From an uncultured Nitrospinota bacterium (GTDB taxonomy: Bacteria > Tectomicrobia > Entotheonellia > J063 > CAVPRW01): a DNA stretch of 64,000 bases. The notes under the pieces are model-generated. The model did not search any database and was not told where the DNA came from. It saw only the letters and a program-made list of their open reading frames with translations. The DNA is taken from contig CAVPRW010000021.1 in NCBI GenBank assembly GCA_963707985.1, positions 88,671-152,670 on the forward strand, given 5' to 3'. Every line of letters begins with the position of its first letter. The stretch's first letter is position 1. Made by a program: the position numbers and the translations under genes. Shown here piece after piece: positions 23,739 to 34,356 of the stretch.

Positions 23739-24017
23739 CGCCGCTGGCTGGTGTTCCGCCGATCACGTTTCTCCCCTCATGCATTGGTATCGCCCTTACC
23801 TCTGCGAAAATGGTGGGCGTCGGTTCCGGCGCTTTTGTCCTCCCGGTCTCTGAAAGACACTTCCCCATTCAAGCAACCTTGATCAACAGTAGATAGTACC
23901 CGCCAACGTTTGTATCCCTTGACATCTAACACATCAGAGAGTGTGATCAACGAATTTTTTTAATCAATTATTGTCCTTTTCGGTCAAAAGATTTAAATTA
24001 TTGCTGGAAGAAAATCC

Positions 24018-24046
24018 TTGACAAGCGCATACGGGGGCTGTAATGT
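24018..24046 (+). promoter_or_regulatory. Sigma70-type promoter of the dcw operon
   Basis: TTGACA (24018-23), 17 bp spacer, TAATGT (24041-46), preceded by an AT-rich tract. Confidence 0.7.
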
Positions 24047-24048
24047 AC

Positions 24049-24101
24049 TCCCACTAAGTGGGACAGAATGGTAGGAATTACCATGAAGTGGAGTCTTGTG
24101 G
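24049..24101 (+). promoter_or_regulatory. Probable MraZ operator (DCW-box-like repeats)
   Basis: GTGG/ATGG at 24058, 24068, 24088 and 24098 (10-bp phase), plus inverted repeat TCCCACT-A-AGTGGGA at 24049-63. Confidence 0.6.
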
Positions 24102-24629
24102 ATGTTCCTGGGGACCTTTCAACTGAGGCTAGATGATAAGGGTCGCCTCAGCATCCCCACTCGCTACCGCGACATCCTCAAGGAAAAATATCCACCTAGG
24201 CTGCAGCAAGTCGACCTCGAAATCATCCTTTGTTACATTGGCCCGCATATCAGCGCCTACCCTCGGGTCGAGTGGGACCGCTTAGCTGAAGCTTTGTCTG
24301 AAGCCACGGTCCTACCAGGTTTACATCAGGATGCACGGCATCTCGAGCACATGTTGTTCGGCAACGCAGCGGAGTGCCCCATCGATTCCCAGGGGCGTGT
24401 GGTGATTCCCCCACATCTGCGTACCAAAGGGAAGCTGAACAGCGAGATCACTATTGTCGGGCACAATCGATACTTCGAGATCTGGAATCGCGCGACATGT
24501 GAGCAGTATGACGCCGGCCTCCAAGGGTATGAACTCTTAGAGATTGCGCAGAAGATTGCTGAGCTTCGTGATGCGCGTATTGTAGCACGACCATCTCTGT
24601 TTGACGATGGACTTCGACCAGGATTATAA
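24096..24629 (+). CDS. mraZ: Transcriptional regulator MraZ
   Basis: MFLGTF..LDDKGRLSIP and IDSQGRVVIP repeats, FEIW. Confidence 0.93.
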   Translation: MWMFLGTFQLRLDDKGRLSIPTRYRDILKEKYPPRLQQVDLEIILCYIGPHISAYPRVEWDRLAEALSEATVLPGLHQDARHLEHMLFGNAAECPIDSQGRVVIPPHLRTKGKLNSEITIVGHNRYFEIWNRATCEQYDAGLQGYELLEIAQKIAELRDARIVARPSLFDDGLRPGL

Positions 24630-25524
24630 GCACACGCCCGTGCTAGTGGGGGAAGTTGTACTGTCGTTGCGCCCACAGGACAGGGGGGTGTTTGTCGACG
24701 CCACACTGGGCGAGGGGGGCCATGCAGAAGCACTCCTCCGCGCCACTGCGCCGAATGGGAGGCTGATTGGCATTGACCGCGATGGAGAAGTGTTGGAAAT
24801 CGCGCGCCAACGGCTAGGAGCATTCGGGTCACGCGTGGCGATTGTGCACGGCCACACCGCTGAGTTACGGAACATCCTGGATACATTGCGGATTGAGCAG
24901 GTCGATGGCGTATTATTGGACCTTGGGGTGTCGTCGTATCAGCTAGAGATTGCCGCGCGCGGCTTTAGTTTCATGCGCGAGGGTCCACTGGACATGCGGA
25001 TGGACCGCACGGCGGAGCGAACCGCCGCCACATTGGTCAATACGCTAGAGGAGTGGGAATTGGTCAACGTCATCATGCGCTACGGGGAAGAACGTTGGGC
25101 TCGGAGGATCGCCCGGGCTATTTCCCGAGCACGTCGCCGCGCCCCGTTGCAGACCACTCAGGATCTAGCGGTCATCATTACCCAAGCGATTCCGCCCAGC
25201 GTACGACCGCCGCATATTCATCCCGCCACCAGAACCTTCCAGGCCCTTCGTATTGCCGTCAATCAAGAGCTCTCGAGGCTAGAGGAGAGTCTCCACGTGG
25301 CCATTGCCTGTCTTCGTCAAGGGGGACGGCTATGCGTCATTGCTTATCACTCTCTCGAGGATCGCATTGTCAAGAGGACCTTTCAGGCTTATGCCCATTC
25401 GCCGCAAAGTGACGCACCACGAGTGCGGTTGCTGACGAGGAAGCCTATCACCTGTACGCTAGCGGAACGCCAGATGAACCCCCGAGCCCGTAGTGCAAAA
25501 CTGCGCGTACTCGAGCGGGTGTGA
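24607..25524 (+). CDS. rsmH: 16S rRNA m4C1402 methyltransferase
   Basis: HTPVL, DATLGEGGHA, DLGVSS, PLDMRMD, HPATRTFQALRIAVN, NPRARSAKLR. Confidence 0.97.
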   Translation: MDFDQDYKHTPVLVGEVVLSLRPQDRGVFVDATLGEGGHAEALLRATAPNGRLIGIDRDGEVLEIARQRLGAFGSRVAIVHGHTAELRNILDTLRIEQVDGVLLDLGVSSYQLEIAARGFSFMREGPLDMRMDRTAERTAATLVNTLEEWELVNVIMRYGEERWARRIARAISRARRRAPLQTTQDLAVIITQAIPPSVRPPHIHPATRTFQALRIAVNQELSRLEESLHVAIACLRQGGRLCVIAYHSLEDRIVKRTFQAYAHSPQSDAPRVRLLTRKPITCTLAERQMNPRARSAKLRVLERV

Positions 25525-25621
25525 CCCGCATCGCGGCAGAGCAGCAATGATCAAGAGCCCGTCGATGGATAACGAGACACCGCTGGACGGTCGTTGCTAA
25601 TTTTTAGGTGAAGGAGATTCG

Positions 25622-26014
25622 ATGCTCCGTGCCATAACCGTGCGGCAGTCCCCACCCCCCAGGACCTCTCCTCGCCGATTCAGCGCTACAATTCGGGTCA
25701 ACCAAGAGAGCCAACGATCGTCCCCGATTCACCGGTTTCGGTTCGGCCCCCTGATTGTGAGCTTATTTTTGTGTTTGGCCGGCGTGGCGGTGTATGTGTG
25801 GCCACGGGTTCAGGTCGTGCGCCTGGCCTATCGTACGCAAACCTCCGAACAGCACCTGCGCGAATTACTGCAGGCGCGTGATCAACTGCGGTTCGAATTA
25901 GCATCACTCAAAGATCCAGAGCGTATCTATCGCGTCGCCACCGAACAGTTGGGGATGGGTATGCCACGGCGCGATCAGGTGGTGATCGTGACGCATGAGC
26001 CTCAGAATCGATAA
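25622..26014 (+). CDS. ftsL: Cell division protein FtsL
   Basis: Single TM, leucine-zipper coiled coil, ERIYRVATEQLGM; lies between rsmH and ftsI. Confidence 0.85.
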   Translation: MLRAITVRQSPPPRTSPRRFSATIRVNQESQRSSPIHRFRFGPLIVSLFLCLAGVAVYVWPRVQVVRLAYRTQTSEQHLRELLQARDQLRFELASLKDPERIYRVATEQLGMGMPRRDQVVIVTHEPQNR

Positions 26015-26025
26015 GAGGAAGACTG

Positions 26026-27927
26026 GTGGAGCGCCGATCCCTGCGACGACTCTCTATAGTTGGGGGCATCTTTGCATTGGTGCTTGGCGTGCTTCTGATA
26101 CGATTGTTCGACATCCAGATTCTCCAACATCACCTCTTATCTGGTCTGGCCGAACGGCAACATCAGAAAAGCACTGACCTGCGTGGCAAACGTGGCACCA
26201 TATATGACCGACGGCTGCGCGAGCTGGCTCTCAGCATTGATCGAGAGTCAATCTATTTCAATCCCAGTGAATTTTCGGCTAGTCCCCAAGTGACCAGGCA
26301 ACTGGCTCGCCTCATAGGGCTCAAAGACGCGACAATTCTGGAAAAGGGTCAAAACGATCGTCAATTTGCCTGGCTCAAACGCAAGCTCTCTCCGGACGAA
26401 TCCGCCGCCATCCGAGCGCTAGGGCTCAAGGGTATCGGCTTCGTGACTGAAAGCCAACGTTTCTACCCCAAGCGCGCCCTGGGCGGGCAAGTGATCGGGT
26501 TCGTGGGAACCGATGAGACAGGTCTTGAGGGTATCGAGCATGGCTACGACAGCTTACTCGCCGGTGAAACGGTGCGCGTCAATTTGGACCGTGATGCGCG
26601 CGGGCGTCCGATCGCCCTACGTTCCGATGCGTTACGGCAGCTCCCCCAGGGACACGACTTGGTGCTGACGCTCGATGAACGGATTCAGTTTGTCGCCGAG
26701 CGCGAACTCCGGGAGCAAATCAACCGTCTGGGGGCCCGCGGCGGAACAGTCGTGGTGATGCACCCATTCACCGGGGAAATTCTGGCATTGGCCAATGAAG
26801 CAGCTTTCGACCCCAATATTTTTCGTGAAGCAACGGCAAAGACCTGGCGCGAACGCAACATCACGGATACATTTGAACCGGGTTCCACCATCAAGGCGCT
26901 GTTGGCCGCAGGCGCGGTTGAAGAGCGGTTAGTCCGCCCAGATGACATGTTCTTCGGCGAGCAGGGCAGCATCCAGGTGGGGGCGCTGACCATTCGAGAC
27001 CATGAAAAATTCAGCTGGCTGACATTTCGCGAAGTGATCGAGAAGTCGAGCAACGTCGGAGCCATCAAAATTGGGCAGCGCTTGGGAAATGAGCGCCTGC
27101 ACACCTACTTAACCCGGTTCGGCCTCGGTACCCGAACCGGTATCGACTTCCCTGGTGAGGCTTCAGGTTTGTTGCGCCCACCGCGACAGTGGTCCGAGGT
27201 TTCTCTGGCCTCGCTGTCGATAGGGCAGGAATTGGCGGTCACGCCATTGCAACTTGCGACCGCTTTCTCTGCTCTGGCCAATGGTGGGATGCTCATGCGC
27301 CCATACCTGATCAAGGCAATCATCAAAAATAGTGTGGTCATCCAGGAAACTCCACCGGCACAAGGGCAGCGCGTCATTTCAGAGCCGACAGCGCGTCAGG
27401 TAACGAACATCCTGCAGGGGGTGGTCACACGAGGGAGCGGTAGAGCAGCAGCGGTGGAAGGGTACATGGTGGCTGGCAAGACGGGGACGGCACAGAAGTT
27501 TGATGCAGCGCTCGGCAAGTATTCTCCGCAGAAATCCGTAGCCTCCTTTGTCGGCTATCTCCCAGTCGAACAGCCGCGCGCCACCATAGTGGTCAGTATC
27601 GATGAACCACAGGCGGGGGGAGCCTGGGGCGGTGTCGCCGCGGCGCCGGTGTTTAGCGCCATTGCCCAACAGACGATGCGTTATCTGCGTGTACCGCCTG
27701 AAGGCAGCCGGAGCCCATCCCTGGAAGGGCTCCATGTCAAGCGTGAGCAGCCATCGGCAAGCAGTATGACGGTTACCCTGAGTGTCGGAAATTTTGTAGA
27801 GAATCTACGCGAGATGTTGCATGAGATGATAGACCAATTGCGCTCTTACGTGTGGGGCCAGTTCTTGAGCATCGATCCCAAAGAGGCCCGAAAACCCCGC
27901 AAGAAGATCGAGAAGTTGGACCGATGA
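26026..27927 (+). CDS. ftsI: Penicillin-binding protein 3 (FtsI)
   Basis: RGTIYDR, GLEGIE, EPGSTIK (SxxK), SSN, KTGTAQK. Confidence 0.93.
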   Translation: MERRSLRRLSIVGGIFALVLGVLLIRLFDIQILQHHLLSGLAERQHQKSTDLRGKRGTIYDRRLRELALSIDRESIYFNPSEFSASPQVTRQLARLIGLKDATILEKGQNDRQFAWLKRKLSPDESAAIRALGLKGIGFVTESQRFYPKRALGGQVIGFVGTDETGLEGIEHGYDSLLAGETVRVNLDRDARGRPIALRSDALRQLPQGHDLVLTLDERIQFVAERELREQINRLGARGGTVVVMHPFTGEILALANEAAFDPNIFREATAKTWRERNITDTFEPGSTIKALLAAGAVEERLVRPDDMFFGEQGSIQVGALTIRDHEKFSWLTFREVIEKSSNVGAIKIGQRLGNERLHTYLTRFGLGTRTGIDFPGEASGLLRPPRQWSEVSLASLSIGQELAVTPLQLATAFSALANGGMLMRPYLIKAIIKNSVVIQETPPAQGQRVISEPTARQVTNILQGVVTRGSGRAAAVEGYMVAGKTGTAQKFDAALGKYSPQKSVASFVGYLPVEQPRATIVVSIDEPQAGGAWGGVAAAPVFSAIAQQTMRYLRVPPEGSRSPSLEGLHVKREQPSASSMTVTLSVGNFVENLREMLHEMIDQLRSYVWGQFLSIDPKEARKPRKKIEKLDR

Positions 27928-27953
27928 TGCCTTGATTTAGGGGTTCTAGCAGG

Positions 27954-29450
27954 ATGGCGACGCTAAACCAGCTCATCACGGGGTTGCAGTACGAAGTCCT
28001 CCAGGGTTCGACCGGCTGTGCTCTGGAGGGAATCACTGCGGATTCCCGTAAAGTCCAACCTGGGTGGGCATTTGTCGCGATCCCAGGTGCGAAGGCCGAT
28101 GGCCATACCTTTATCGCACAGGCACTGAGACAAGGTGCCAGTGTCCTGGTGGTCGACCGACCCGTGGACCTGACCACCACGACATTAGCCTGCTGCCTGC
28201 ACGTGCCTGACACCCGTTATGCCTTAGCCCACATGGTAACAGCTTTCTTTGGTCATCCATCGCAACAACTGCGTCTCATCGGTGTGACTGGTACGAATGG
28301 CAAAACGACCTCAACATATCTTCTGGAGGCGGTGTTACGAGCCCACGGCTTGACCCCAGGGGTGATCGGTACGGTGACATATCGTTATGCTGGCCACGAG
28401 CAACCTGCCGATCAGACCACACCGGCGGCCGAGGATATCCAGCGCTTACTTCGGGACATGGTCGACGCCGGCGTGTCAGACTGTGCCATGGAGGTGTCAT
28501 CGCATGCATTGTCTCAGCAGCGGGTGTGGGGCTGCCAGTTCGCCGCGGCACTGTTCACGAACTTGACGCAGGACCACCTCGATTACCATGTTGATATGGC
28601 AGCATACTTTGCCGCCAAAGCCCAGCTATTCACCACGTATCACCCTGGAGTCGCGGTGCTGAATTACGATGATTCTGCTGGGAAGCAACTTCTTCACGCC
28701 ACGCCTGCTCGAGTCCTCACCTACGGTTTTTCGCCGGCGTCCGATGTCGCCGTCGAGCACCTGACGATGGATGCAAGCGGGATCGACCTCACGGTGCGTA
28801 TGGAAGGACAATCCGTCACCGTGCGTTCGCAACTTATCGGTCGCCATAATGTTTATAATATCTTGGGAGTATTGGCAACGGCGAACGGCCTTGGCCTGCA
28901 GATCGAACAAAGCGTCCAAGGCATTGAACGTCTACGCACAGTGCCAGGACGTTTTGAGCGCGTAGATCAGGGCCAACCATTCAGTGTCTTGGTGGATTAT
29001 GCCCACACTGATGATGCGCTGCGCAATGTCCTTCAGGCTGCCCGTGGCCTCACAAGCGGTCGAATCTTTGTGGTCTTTGGCGCGGGCGGCGACCGTGATC
29101 GCGGCAAACGGGCGCGTATGGGCCAGGTGGCCGCTCAGTACGCCGACATGGCCTTAATTACTTCCGATAATCCACGTACGGAGGAGCCGATGGCGATCAT
29201 TCACGCCATTGAGGCAGGATTTCGAGAGATCGGCCACGCGTCACAATATCGCCTCGTCGAGGACCGGGCTTGCGCCATTCATGAAGCTATTGGGTTAGCA
29301 CAGGCTGGTGATGTGGTGGTGATTGCCGGGAAAGGACACGAGACCTATCAAATCGTCGGTGACCAGCGCTTGTCGTTCGACGATCGGTACATTGCCACAC
29401 AGGTCTTACAAGATTATGGCTATACGCCGACATCGACGGCGCCTTATTGA
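27954..29450 (+). CDS. murE: UDP-MurNAc-tripeptide synthetase (meso-DAP type)
   Basis: GVTGTNGKTT, MEVSSH, DHLDYH, DYAHT, DNPR, AGKGHE. Confidence 0.96.
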   Translation: MATLNQLITGLQYEVLQGSTGCALEGITADSRKVQPGWAFVAIPGAKADGHTFIAQALRQGASVLVVDRPVDLTTTTLACCLHVPDTRYALAHMVTAFFGHPSQQLRLIGVTGTNGKTTSTYLLEAVLRAHGLTPGVIGTVTYRYAGHEQPADQTTPAAEDIQRLLRDMVDAGVSDCAMEVSSHALSQQRVWGCQFAAALFTNLTQDHLDYHVDMAAYFAAKAQLFTTYHPGVAVLNYDDSAGKQLLHATPARVLTYGFSPASDVAVEHLTMDASGIDLTVRMEGQSVTVRSQLIGRHNVYNILGVLATANGLGLQIEQSVQGIERLRTVPGRFERVDQGQPFSVLVDYAHTDDALRNVLQAARGLTSGRIFVVFGAGGDRDRGKRARMGQVAAQYADMALITSDNPRTEEPMAIIHAIEAGFREIGHASQYRLVEDRACAIHEAIGLAQAGDVVVIAGKGHETYQIVGDQRLSFDDRYIATQVLQDYGYTPTSTAPY

Positions 29451-29533
29451 GTTGAGCGATCACGACCCCTAATCTGCAGCTCCCGATGACCTAGCAGCAG
29501 GGTGGGTTTGGCCACGGCCGGGAAGGGTGACTC

Positions 29534-30619
29534 ATGTTCTATCATGCGCTATATCCCCTGCATACTATCGTTCCTGGCTTTAATGTTTTTCGATATCTTA
29601 CCTTCCGTACCGCCTATGCAATTCTCACCGGATTGATTGTCAGCCTCATCCTCGGTCCCTGGCTCATCCGGCAACTTCGTCGTTATCAAATTGGTGAGAC
29701 GATTCGAGAGGATGGTCCAAAATCGCACCACCATAAAGCCGGTACTCCCACGATGGGAGGTTTGCTGCTCCTCATTGCACTGAGTCTGCCGACGGTCCTC
29801 TGGAGCGATCTGACCAACCGCTATGTCTGGCTGCTGTTGACTGCAACCTTCGCGTTTGCGGCCGTCGGATTTATCGACGATTGGCTGAAGTTCGCACGGG
29901 TACGACACCAGGGGATGAAAATTGGGGAAAAGTTGTTAGCCCAAACAGTGGTTGCCGGTGGCTTAGCATCCTTCTTGTACTTCTATCCTGAAGATCCATC
30001 CGTGGCAACGCAAATCACTGTCCCATTCTTCAAGGAAGTGACTCCCGATATTGGCTTCTGGTATATCCCGTTGATCGTTTTCATCATGGTGGGGACCTGC
30101 AACGCGGTCAACCTGACGGATGGCCTCGACGGTCTCGCCACTGGACCGCTGATTATCGCCACCTTTGCTTTCACGATCATCGCCTATGTGGCCGGGCATG
30201 CACAGTTCGCCAATTACCTCCTAATCCCGTACATCAAGGGTGGGGGCGAGATCGCCATTTTCGGCGGGGCATTGATTGGGGCCAGCTTGGGGTTCTTGTG
30301 GTTCAATGCTTACCCCGCGGATGTGTTTATGGGCAATATCGGCAGCCTGGCGCTCGGTGGTGCTCTTGGAACCATGGCGGTACTGGTCAAACATGAGTTA
30401 CTGCTGCCGCTGGTCGGTGGCATTTTTTTCATCGAAGCCCTTTCGGTATTGCTGCAAATTGGCTCATTTCAACTGACAGGGAAGCGCATCTTTCGGATGG
30501 CCCCACTGCATCATCATTTTGAAGAAAAAGGTTGGAAAGAGTCAAAAGTCATTGTGCGTTTCTGGATCATTGCCATTGTTCTAGCGCTTCTCAGCCTGAG
30601 TACGTTGAAGCTGCGCTAG
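29534..30619 (+). CDS. mraY: Phospho-MurNAc-pentapeptide transferase
   Basis: KAGTPTMGG, GFIDD, NAVNLTDGLDGLA, MAPLHHHFE. Confidence 0.97.
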   Translation: MFYHALYPLHTIVPGFNVFRYLTFRTAYAILTGLIVSLILGPWLIRQLRRYQIGETIREDGPKSHHHKAGTPTMGGLLLLIALSLPTVLWSDLTNRYVWLLLTATFAFAAVGFIDDWLKFARVRHQGMKIGEKLLAQTVVAGGLASFLYFYPEDPSVATQITVPFFKEVTPDIGFWYIPLIVFIMVGTCNAVNLTDGLDGLATGPLIIATFAFTIIAYVAGHAQFANYLLIPYIKGGGEIAIFGGALIGASLGFLWFNAYPADVFMGNIGSLALGGALGTMAVLVKHELLLPLVGGIFFIEALSVLLQIGSFQLTGKRIFRMAPLHHHFEEKGWKESKVIVRFWIIAIVLALLSLSTLKLR

Positions 30620-30703
30620 GGATAGTAGTTGGCTGGACTGAAGAGGTCGCCGCGGCCCAAAGCATGATAGAAGCTCTGTGAATTTTGCAATTTGAGGTCG
30701 TCA

Positions 30704-31864
30704 ATGACCCGAATGCAGCGTTGTAACCCATTCATTCTCTTGGCATCTCTCTTGCTCACGGGGTTCGGCGTCGTTTCCGTGTATAGTGCCAGCGCAATTG
30801 TCGCAATGGACCGCCATCAGGACCCATATTTCTTTCTCAGGCGTCAGCTGCTCTGTGCCATCTTCGGAGTGCTAGCGATGTTGACGGCGATCCACATTGA
30901 TTATCGCCAGCTCCAGCGCTGGGCTCCTTTGAGTCTCGTGCTAACGCTGATCCTTCTCGGATCGGTCTTCCTGCCAGTGCTTGGCAAAGAGGCAGGCGGA
31001 GCGAAACGCTGGCTACAGGTTGGGCGCTTCACCTTTCAGCCGGCCGAGCTCGGTAAACTTACCTTAATCCTTTATCTCGCACATCGACTTGCCGCTCTGC
31101 AGTCATGGCGTGGCTACTTCAACCGCCAGTTTCTCTCCTTGGCAGGAATCATCGGCATACTCTTCCTGGCCATACTTTTGCAACCTGATCTCGGCACGGC
31201 GATCCTCCTGCTCGAGATCGCAGTGATCGTATTATTCATCGGTGGGGTGCCACTGCGCCATCTCGCTGGCCTGCTAGTCGTACCCCTGCCATTCCTTTAT
31301 TTAGCCCTCGTGCATGTGGGGTTTCGTTGGCGGCGCTTGCTGGCGTTTTGGGATCCATGGGCGGCTCGTCTGGATGCGGGGTTTCAGATCATACAATCAT
31401 TGCTGGCCTTCGGAAATGGCGGACTGGTGGGTGCAGGTCCCGGAGCGAGTAAGCAGAAGCTGTTCTTCCTACCCGAAGCGCACACCGATTTTGTGTTTGC
31501 CGTCATCGGTGAGGAATTCGGGTTCATTGGCTGCATGGCCGTCCTGGGTTGCTTCGGCATCATACTCTGGCACGGAATGGCAGTGGCGGGGCGCTCACAG
31601 ACTCTGTTCACACGCTACCTTGCGGCCGGAATTACCAGCATGATCGTCATGCAGGCGCTGATGAACGTGGCGGTGGTCGTGGGCTTTCTCCCCACGAAAG
31701 GGTTGCCGTTGCCATTTGTCAGCTATGGTGGCACCTCACTGGTGGTCACGCATGTAGCAGTAGGGATGCTGCTGGGTATTTCCGCCCAGCCCCCGTTATT
31801 GAAGCATCCATCGGACACGATGCATCCTCAACGTCCCAAGACAGTGAGGCAGACCATCATCTAG
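30704..31864 (+). CDS. ftsW: SEDS peptidoglycan polymerase FtsW
   Basis: GAKRW, FQPAELGK, QPDLGT, LPEAHTDF, PFVSYGG. Confidence 0.95.
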   Translation: MTRMQRCNPFILLASLLLTGFGVVSVYSASAIVAMDRHQDPYFFLRRQLLCAIFGVLAMLTAIHIDYRQLQRWAPLSLVLTLILLGSVFLPVLGKEAGGAKRWLQVGRFTFQPAELGKLTLILYLAHRLAALQSWRGYFNRQFLSLAGIIGILFLAILLQPDLGTAILLLEIAVIVLFIGGVPLRHLAGLLVVPLPFLYLALVHVGFRWRRLLAFWDPWAARLDAGFQIIQSLLAFGNGGLVGAGPGASKQKLFFLPEAHTDFVFAVIGEEFGFIGCMAVLGCFGIILWHGMAVAGRSQTLFTRYLAAGITSMIVMQALMNVAVVVGFLPTKGLPLPFVSYGGTSLVVTHVAVGMLLGISAQPPLLKHPSDTMHPQRPKTVRQTII

Positions 31865-31881
31865 AGGCTGACGAGGAGACC

Positions 31882-32961
31882 ATGCGTATCGTCATTGTTG
31901 GAGGTGGAACGGGCGGACACCTCTATCCCGGTATTGCCGTGGCCCAAGAATTGAAAAGATGGGACCCACGGGCCAGGATCATGTTCATCGGGTCGCGTGG
32001 TGGGTTAGAGCGCGACATCGTGGCGCGCGAAGGCTATCGTCACTTTGAAATCAGCGCTTCTGGTCTGGCACGGCGGAAATGGCGCGAGCAGATGGTCGCC
32101 ATTGGGCATCTCCTACAAGGCTTCGGTGAGGCCGTTCGCGTGCTACGTCGGGTGCAGCCGCAGGTGATCCTAGGCCTCGGGAGCTTTGTGTCCGGCTCTG
32201 TGTTGCTGGCGGCGGGTGTGCTCGGGATACCGCGTCTCATTCATGAACAAAATGTTATCCCAGGCCTGACAAATCGGCTGCTGGGCCGTGTCGTCAACCG
32301 CGTTGCGGTGTCATTTGAGGCCTCTGTGGTCCATTTCCCCCGAGGCAGGGCCGTGGTGACGGGCAACCCGGTTAGACCAGCGATCTGTCAGGTGCGTGAG
32401 CGGGTACACGAACCCAACGGCCGCTTTCACCTCCTCGTGTTTGGCGGCAGCCAGGGAGCCCATCGTCTCAATCTCGCGATGCTTGAGGCACTGCCGCAAC
32501 TGGCCGACATTCGGGATCACCTGTGGATAGTGCATCACACTGGGACAGGCGATTTTGCTACCACCCAAGCGACGTATAGCAAGGAGTTGTACCCAGGAGT
32601 GGTCTACCCCTACATTCAGGATATGGCCCAGGAATACGGTGCCGCAGATTTGGTGATCTGTCGGGCCGGCGCCACGACCATCGCCGAATTAACGGTGACC
32701 GGCAAGGCGGCTGTGCTGGTGCCGTTCCCATATGCGGCCCATCACCACCAGGAGCATAATGCACGCACCTTGGCAACCGTTGGTGCTGCTGAGGTGATTC
32801 AGGATCAGGCGATGACTGGCAGCCTCCTGGCCGAACGGATTCGGTACTACTGGTCGCATCCCGAGGCTATTGCCGACATGGGGGCACGCTGTCTGGAGTT
32901 GGGCAAGCCCGATGCCGCCACCCGCGTGGCCCAGCTCTGTCTCCAACTCTGCCGTATATAG
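31882..32961 (+). CDS. murG: MurG glycosyltransferase
   Basis: GGGTGGHLYP, HEQN, GNPVR, GGSQGA, RAGATT. ATG 31882 follows GAGGAG. Confidence 0.96.
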   Translation: MRIVIVGGGTGGHLYPGIAVAQELKRWDPRARIMFIGSRGGLERDIVAREGYRHFEISASGLARRKWREQMVAIGHLLQGFGEAVRVLRRVQPQVILGLGSFVSGSVLLAAGVLGIPRLIHEQNVIPGLTNRLLGRVVNRVAVSFEASVVHFPRGRAVVTGNPVRPAICQVRERVHEPNGRFHLLVFGGSQGAHRLNLAMLEALPQLADIRDHLWIVHHTGTGDFATTQATYSKELYPGVVYPYIQDMAQEYGAADLVICRAGATTIAELTVTGKAAVLVPFPYAAHHHQEHNARTLATVGAAEVIQDQAMTGSLLAERIRYYWSHPEAIADMGARCLELGKPDAATRVAQLCLQLCRI

Positions 32962-32970
32962 GGAGTGACG

Positions 32971-34356
32971 ATGTTCCGCAAAGTCGAGCGCATCCACTTC
33001 GTTGGCATCGGCGGTATCGGGATGAGTGGCATTGCCGAGGTACTACACAATCTAGGCTATGCCATTAGCGGTTCGGATCTCGCGGACTCGGAGATCACCC
33101 GTCGATTGGCCCGGATGGGGGTGCGCTACGCCACGGGACATCGGGCGGAGAATGTGGCACAGGCCGATGTCGTCGTAGTGTCGTCGGCAGTGACTGCGAC
33201 GAACGTTGAGGTGCTGACGGCCAAAGCCGGCAAGATCCCCGTCATCCCCAGGGCCGAGATGCTTGCCGAGCTGATGCGCATGAAATATGGGGTAGCAGTT
33301 GCTGGTAGTCATGGGAAGACGACCACGACCTCACTCATCGGAACTGTGCTGGCTAAGGGGGGGCTCGACCCTACGCTCGTCATCGGTGGTCGCCTTAACA
33401 GCCTGGGGGCAAATGCGAAGCTCGGCCAGGGAGAATTCATGGTCGCGGAGGCCGACGAAAGCGACGGCTCGTTTCTAAAGTTGAATCCGATGGTGGCAGT
33501 TGTTACCACTATCGACCGCGAGCACCTCGACTTTTACCAGAATTTGGCTGAGATTCAGCAGGCTTTCAGTCAGTTCTTGAACAAAGTGCCGTTCTATGGG
33601 TTCTGTGTTGTCTGTGCCGACGAACCGAATATCCGTGCCATTCTCCCCGATCTTACCAAGAAGGTGTTCACCTATGGTTTGCATGGTGACGTTGATTACT
33701 CGGCGCGAGAGGTCCGGACGCAGGGACTCGGCAGTGTGTTCGTGGCGATGCACCATGGCAACGAACTGGGCGCTGTCGCCTTGAACATTCCTGGCCTGCA
33801 TAACATTCGGAACGCCCTGGCCGCGATCGCAACAGGGGTGGAATTGGATATTCCGTTTGCTCCCATTCGAGAGGCGCTGCACGACTTTAGTGGCATCCAC
33901 CGTCGGTTCGAGGTGAAGGGAGAAGCGCTCGGCATTACCGTTGTCGATGATTACGGCCATCATCCGACCGAAATCGATGCCACCTTGCGCACGGCCCGTC
34001 TGGTGTGGCCCGACCGTCGCCTGGTGGCAGTCTTCCAGCCGCATCGCTATACCCGCACGCAAGCACTGTGGCAGGAATTCTGTCCACCGCTGCTAGCCGC
34101 GGATGTGCTGTTGGTGACTGAAGTGTACGGCGCAGGAGAATTGCCGATTGCGGGTGTGAGTGGTGCCCTGATCTGGGAAGGGGTGCGCGCGCTCGATCAT
34201 CCACAGGCGCTATACCTACCGCAGAGCGAGGATCTGGCGGCTGAGATGTTACGGCACGCTCGCCCCGGAGACGTGGTGTTGACCCTGGGTGCAGGGGACA
34301 TCTGGAAGGTAGGCGAACAGCTTCTGAAGGCCTTACAGGAAGGGGAGGCGGCGTGA
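32971..34356 (+). CDS. murC: UDP-MurNAc-L-alanine ligase
   Basis: HFVGIGGIGMSGIA, GSHGKTTTT, EADESD, DDYGHHPTE, FQPHRYTRT. Confidence 0.97.
   Translation: MFRKVERIHFVGIGGIGMSGIAEVLHNLGYAISGSDLADSEITRRLARMGVRYATGHRAENVAQADVVVVSSAVTATNVEVLTAKAGKIPVIPRAEMLAELMRMKYGVAVAGSHGKTTTTSLIGTVLAKGGLDPTLVIGGRLNSLGANAKLGQGEFMVAEADESDGSFLKLNPMVAVVTTIDREHLDFYQNLAEIQQAFSQFLNKVPFYGFCVVCADEPNIRAILPDLTKKVFTYGLHGDVDYSAREVRTQGLGSVFVAMHHGNELGAVALNIPGLHNIRNALAAIATGVELDIPFAPIREALHDFSGIHRRFEVKGEALGITVVDDYGHHPTEIDATLRTARLVWPDRRLVAVFQPHRYTRTQALWQEFCPPLLAADVLLVTEVYGAGELPIAGVSGALIWEGVRALDHPQALYLPQSEDLAAEMLRHARPGDVVLTLGAGDIWKVGEQLLKALQEGEAA

Noticed and set aside
20128-24000. tRNA-Sec (selC) or RNase P RNA near selAB/mraZ
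   Set aside because: No UCA-anticodon cloverleaf and no GAGGAAAGTCC RNase P motif seen in the intergenic regions.
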